DNA from: Sphyrna mokarran
Taxonomy: Eukaryota
DNA length: 64,000 bases
Direction: 5' to 3'
Assembly (NCBI GenBank): GCA_024679065.1
Contig: JAGIQG010000020.1
Coordinates: 7,998,001 to 8,062,000, forward strand
The translations under genes and the position numbers were made by a program. Below are positions 62,519 to 64,000 of the stretch, piece by piece. The notes beneath the pieces are model-generated. The model saw only the letters and a program-made list of their open reading frames with translations, searched no databases and was not told where the DNA came from. Position 1 is the first letter of the stretch; the number at the start of each line of letters is the position of its first letter.

Positions 62519-62600
62519 CCAATTAGATGTTGCCCTTACAGGGAGGATTTGCATACATACAGAACAGACAGGTAACGCCTCCTTCACACTGTTAATAAAA
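62519..62600 (+). promoter_or_regulatory. IgL V promoter of cluster D
   Basis: CCAAT 62519-62523; ATTTGCAT 62547-62554 about 126 nt before the ATG; GGTAACGCCTCC 62571-62582; TATA-like TAATAAAA near 62593. Confidence 0.85.
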
Positions 62601-62679
62601 AGATATCAGGAGGCAGATAATTCATTCGTTTCATCCAGATACCTGTATCGGTATTTCTGCCCTCCTTCCTGTCGTCACC

Positions 62680-62728
62680 ATGTTTGAGTGGCTCACTGTT
62701 GCCGCCGTGCTGTTATCTTTTATGTCAG
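62680..62728 (+). CDS. Leader (signal peptide) exon of cluster D
   Basis: accATG, MFEWLTVAAVLLSFMS plus 1 nt (phase 1), donor GTAAAT at 62729, 104-nt intron. Confidence 0.9.
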
Positions 62729-62832
62729 GTAAATAATTTGACGAAATTTCGTGTTTGTTCTGAATAACGTTTTATTGCCATTTTCGATAGTGACTAAAGG
62801 TGTCTGAAGCTTTCGCCTTTGTTCCCTTCTAG

Positions 62833-63189
62833 GCTCAAACGCGGAATTTACATTAAAGCAACCACTGTCTCTTTCCATTGTCCCGGGAGGAAACGTCGAG
62901 ATAAGTTGTACATTGAGCGGGGTCAGTCTGGGAAACGCAGATATAAGCTGGTACCAGCAAAAACCTACTAATGCTCCTCGTTATATGCTGCGCCATAATA
63001 CCGAAACTGTAAACAGAGGCTCCGGTACTCCAGATCGGTTCTCCGGAAGGAGTGACTCGTCCGCCAACACTAGATACTTAACCATCAGCCAGGTACAAAA
63101 GGAGGATGAGGCCGATTACTACTGCGGAGTATGGATTGGCTCTGCTGGATTGTATCTATTCGGGAGTGGAACCAGGCTTTCGGTTTTGA
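62833..63189 (+). CDS. Germline-joined VJ exon of cluster D, intact; C exon beyond the window
   Basis: Acceptor cccttctAG 62831-62832; (G)SNAEFTLKQPLSLSIVPGGNVEISC...WYQQKP...PDRFSG...EDEADYYCGVWIGSAGLYLFGSGTRLSVL; donor GTAAGT at 63190; no RSS. Confidence 0.95.
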
Positions 63190-63699
63190 GTAAGTTATTT
63201 CACATCGTGATATCATAGGAATGGTGCAAGTTTACAATGTCCTTCTCAAAACAACAAGGTGCTAAACATTGAAAATCAGGCGACACGGAGTTATGAAATA
63301 GGCAGTTCATGTCCAATAATACTTAAAGCATAAACTTAGAAGGTACTACGGACAGGGTGACCTTGCCGTTATGATTGAAGGACTGAGCGTATTCAGTTGA
63401 GTATTTTAAGCCTTTCTTAATCCAAATATTTGGTTAATATTTACACTGTTCCCATCGCCGAACCAGTTTTAATGATTTCTTTTCTTCTCGCACCACCATT
63501 CCCCCTCCCGTACCCACTGATGGATTGAAATGATTTAATTGTTCGGTCGAAAGGGACGCATTGTTTGCAGTTGTTTCCTTTTTCATCTTACAGTCAAAAT
63601 TGCCTATTGTAAGAGGGAGTAGATAGCTAAAGATAATACGCATCAAAAAGCAACTTGCGTTCATTTGGTGCCTTTCATGATCTCAAAACTGTCAATAGG

Positions 63700-64000
63700 C
63701 CTTCATGTATTGTTACTTTTAAAGTGTAGTCATTGTTGCAATGCAGGGGAATGCGACAGGCATTTCAAGCACAGCGGGTGCAATAAACAGCCATGTGATG
63801 ACTGATCATCATGTGAGGTTATCCATTCTGTCGGGAAAATGGAAAGGCAAGTTAGTATCTAAATGATGAGAAATTCAGAGCGTTTGGCAGAGGCAGTTGA
63901 GTGTGCTCATATAAGATTCAGAGAAAACTAGTATGCAGATACAGTATGTAATAGGGAAGACAAATGGAATGCTGGCATTTATTGCTGAAGGAATGGAGAA
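63700..64000 (+). mobile_element. Old CR1 ORF2 fragment running off the window
   Basis: tgtgaggttatccattctg...ggaagacaaatggaatgctggcatttattgc (CEVIH...NGMLAFIA). Confidence 0.65.

Noticed and set aside
1-64000. Prokaryotic-type systems (CRISPR arrays, operons) and the many 60-130 aa ORFs
   Set aside because: Sequence is vertebrate with spliced Ig genes; no repeat-spacer array seen; short ORFs are repeat-derived or chance.

Overview
Repeat-rich genomic DNA from a cartilaginous fish, almost certainly a shark (inferred from the Ig sequences and the elasmobranch-type CR1, V-SINE and DeuSINE repeats). The window holds parts of four immunoglobulin light-chain mini-clusters about 20 kb apart, each built as leader - germline-joined VJ - C with no RSS. 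Cluster A: only the lambda (type II/NS3-like) C exon is in the window (878-1200, +). Cluster B (+): octamer promoter, frameshifted leader, joined VJ with two stop codons (pseudogene), and an intact C exon about 95% identical to that of A. Cluster C (-): a complete, apparently functional gene (45619->41016) whose C domain is only about 59% identical to that of A and whose J is tetrapod-lambda-like, a candidate distinct lambda sub-isotype. Cluster D (+): intact promoter, leader and joined VJ (62680-63189), with its C exon beyond the window. All three V promoters share a CCAAT box, an octamer and an unexplained GGTRACRCSYCC motif. The intergenic DNA is mostly transposon relics: CR1 LINEs, V-SINEs, DeuSINEs, Rex1/Babar, RTE, PIF/Harbinger, LTRs and Penelope-like fragments, one of which keeps a minimal hammerhead ribozyme core. 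All identities were counted by hand and repeat boundaries are approximate.
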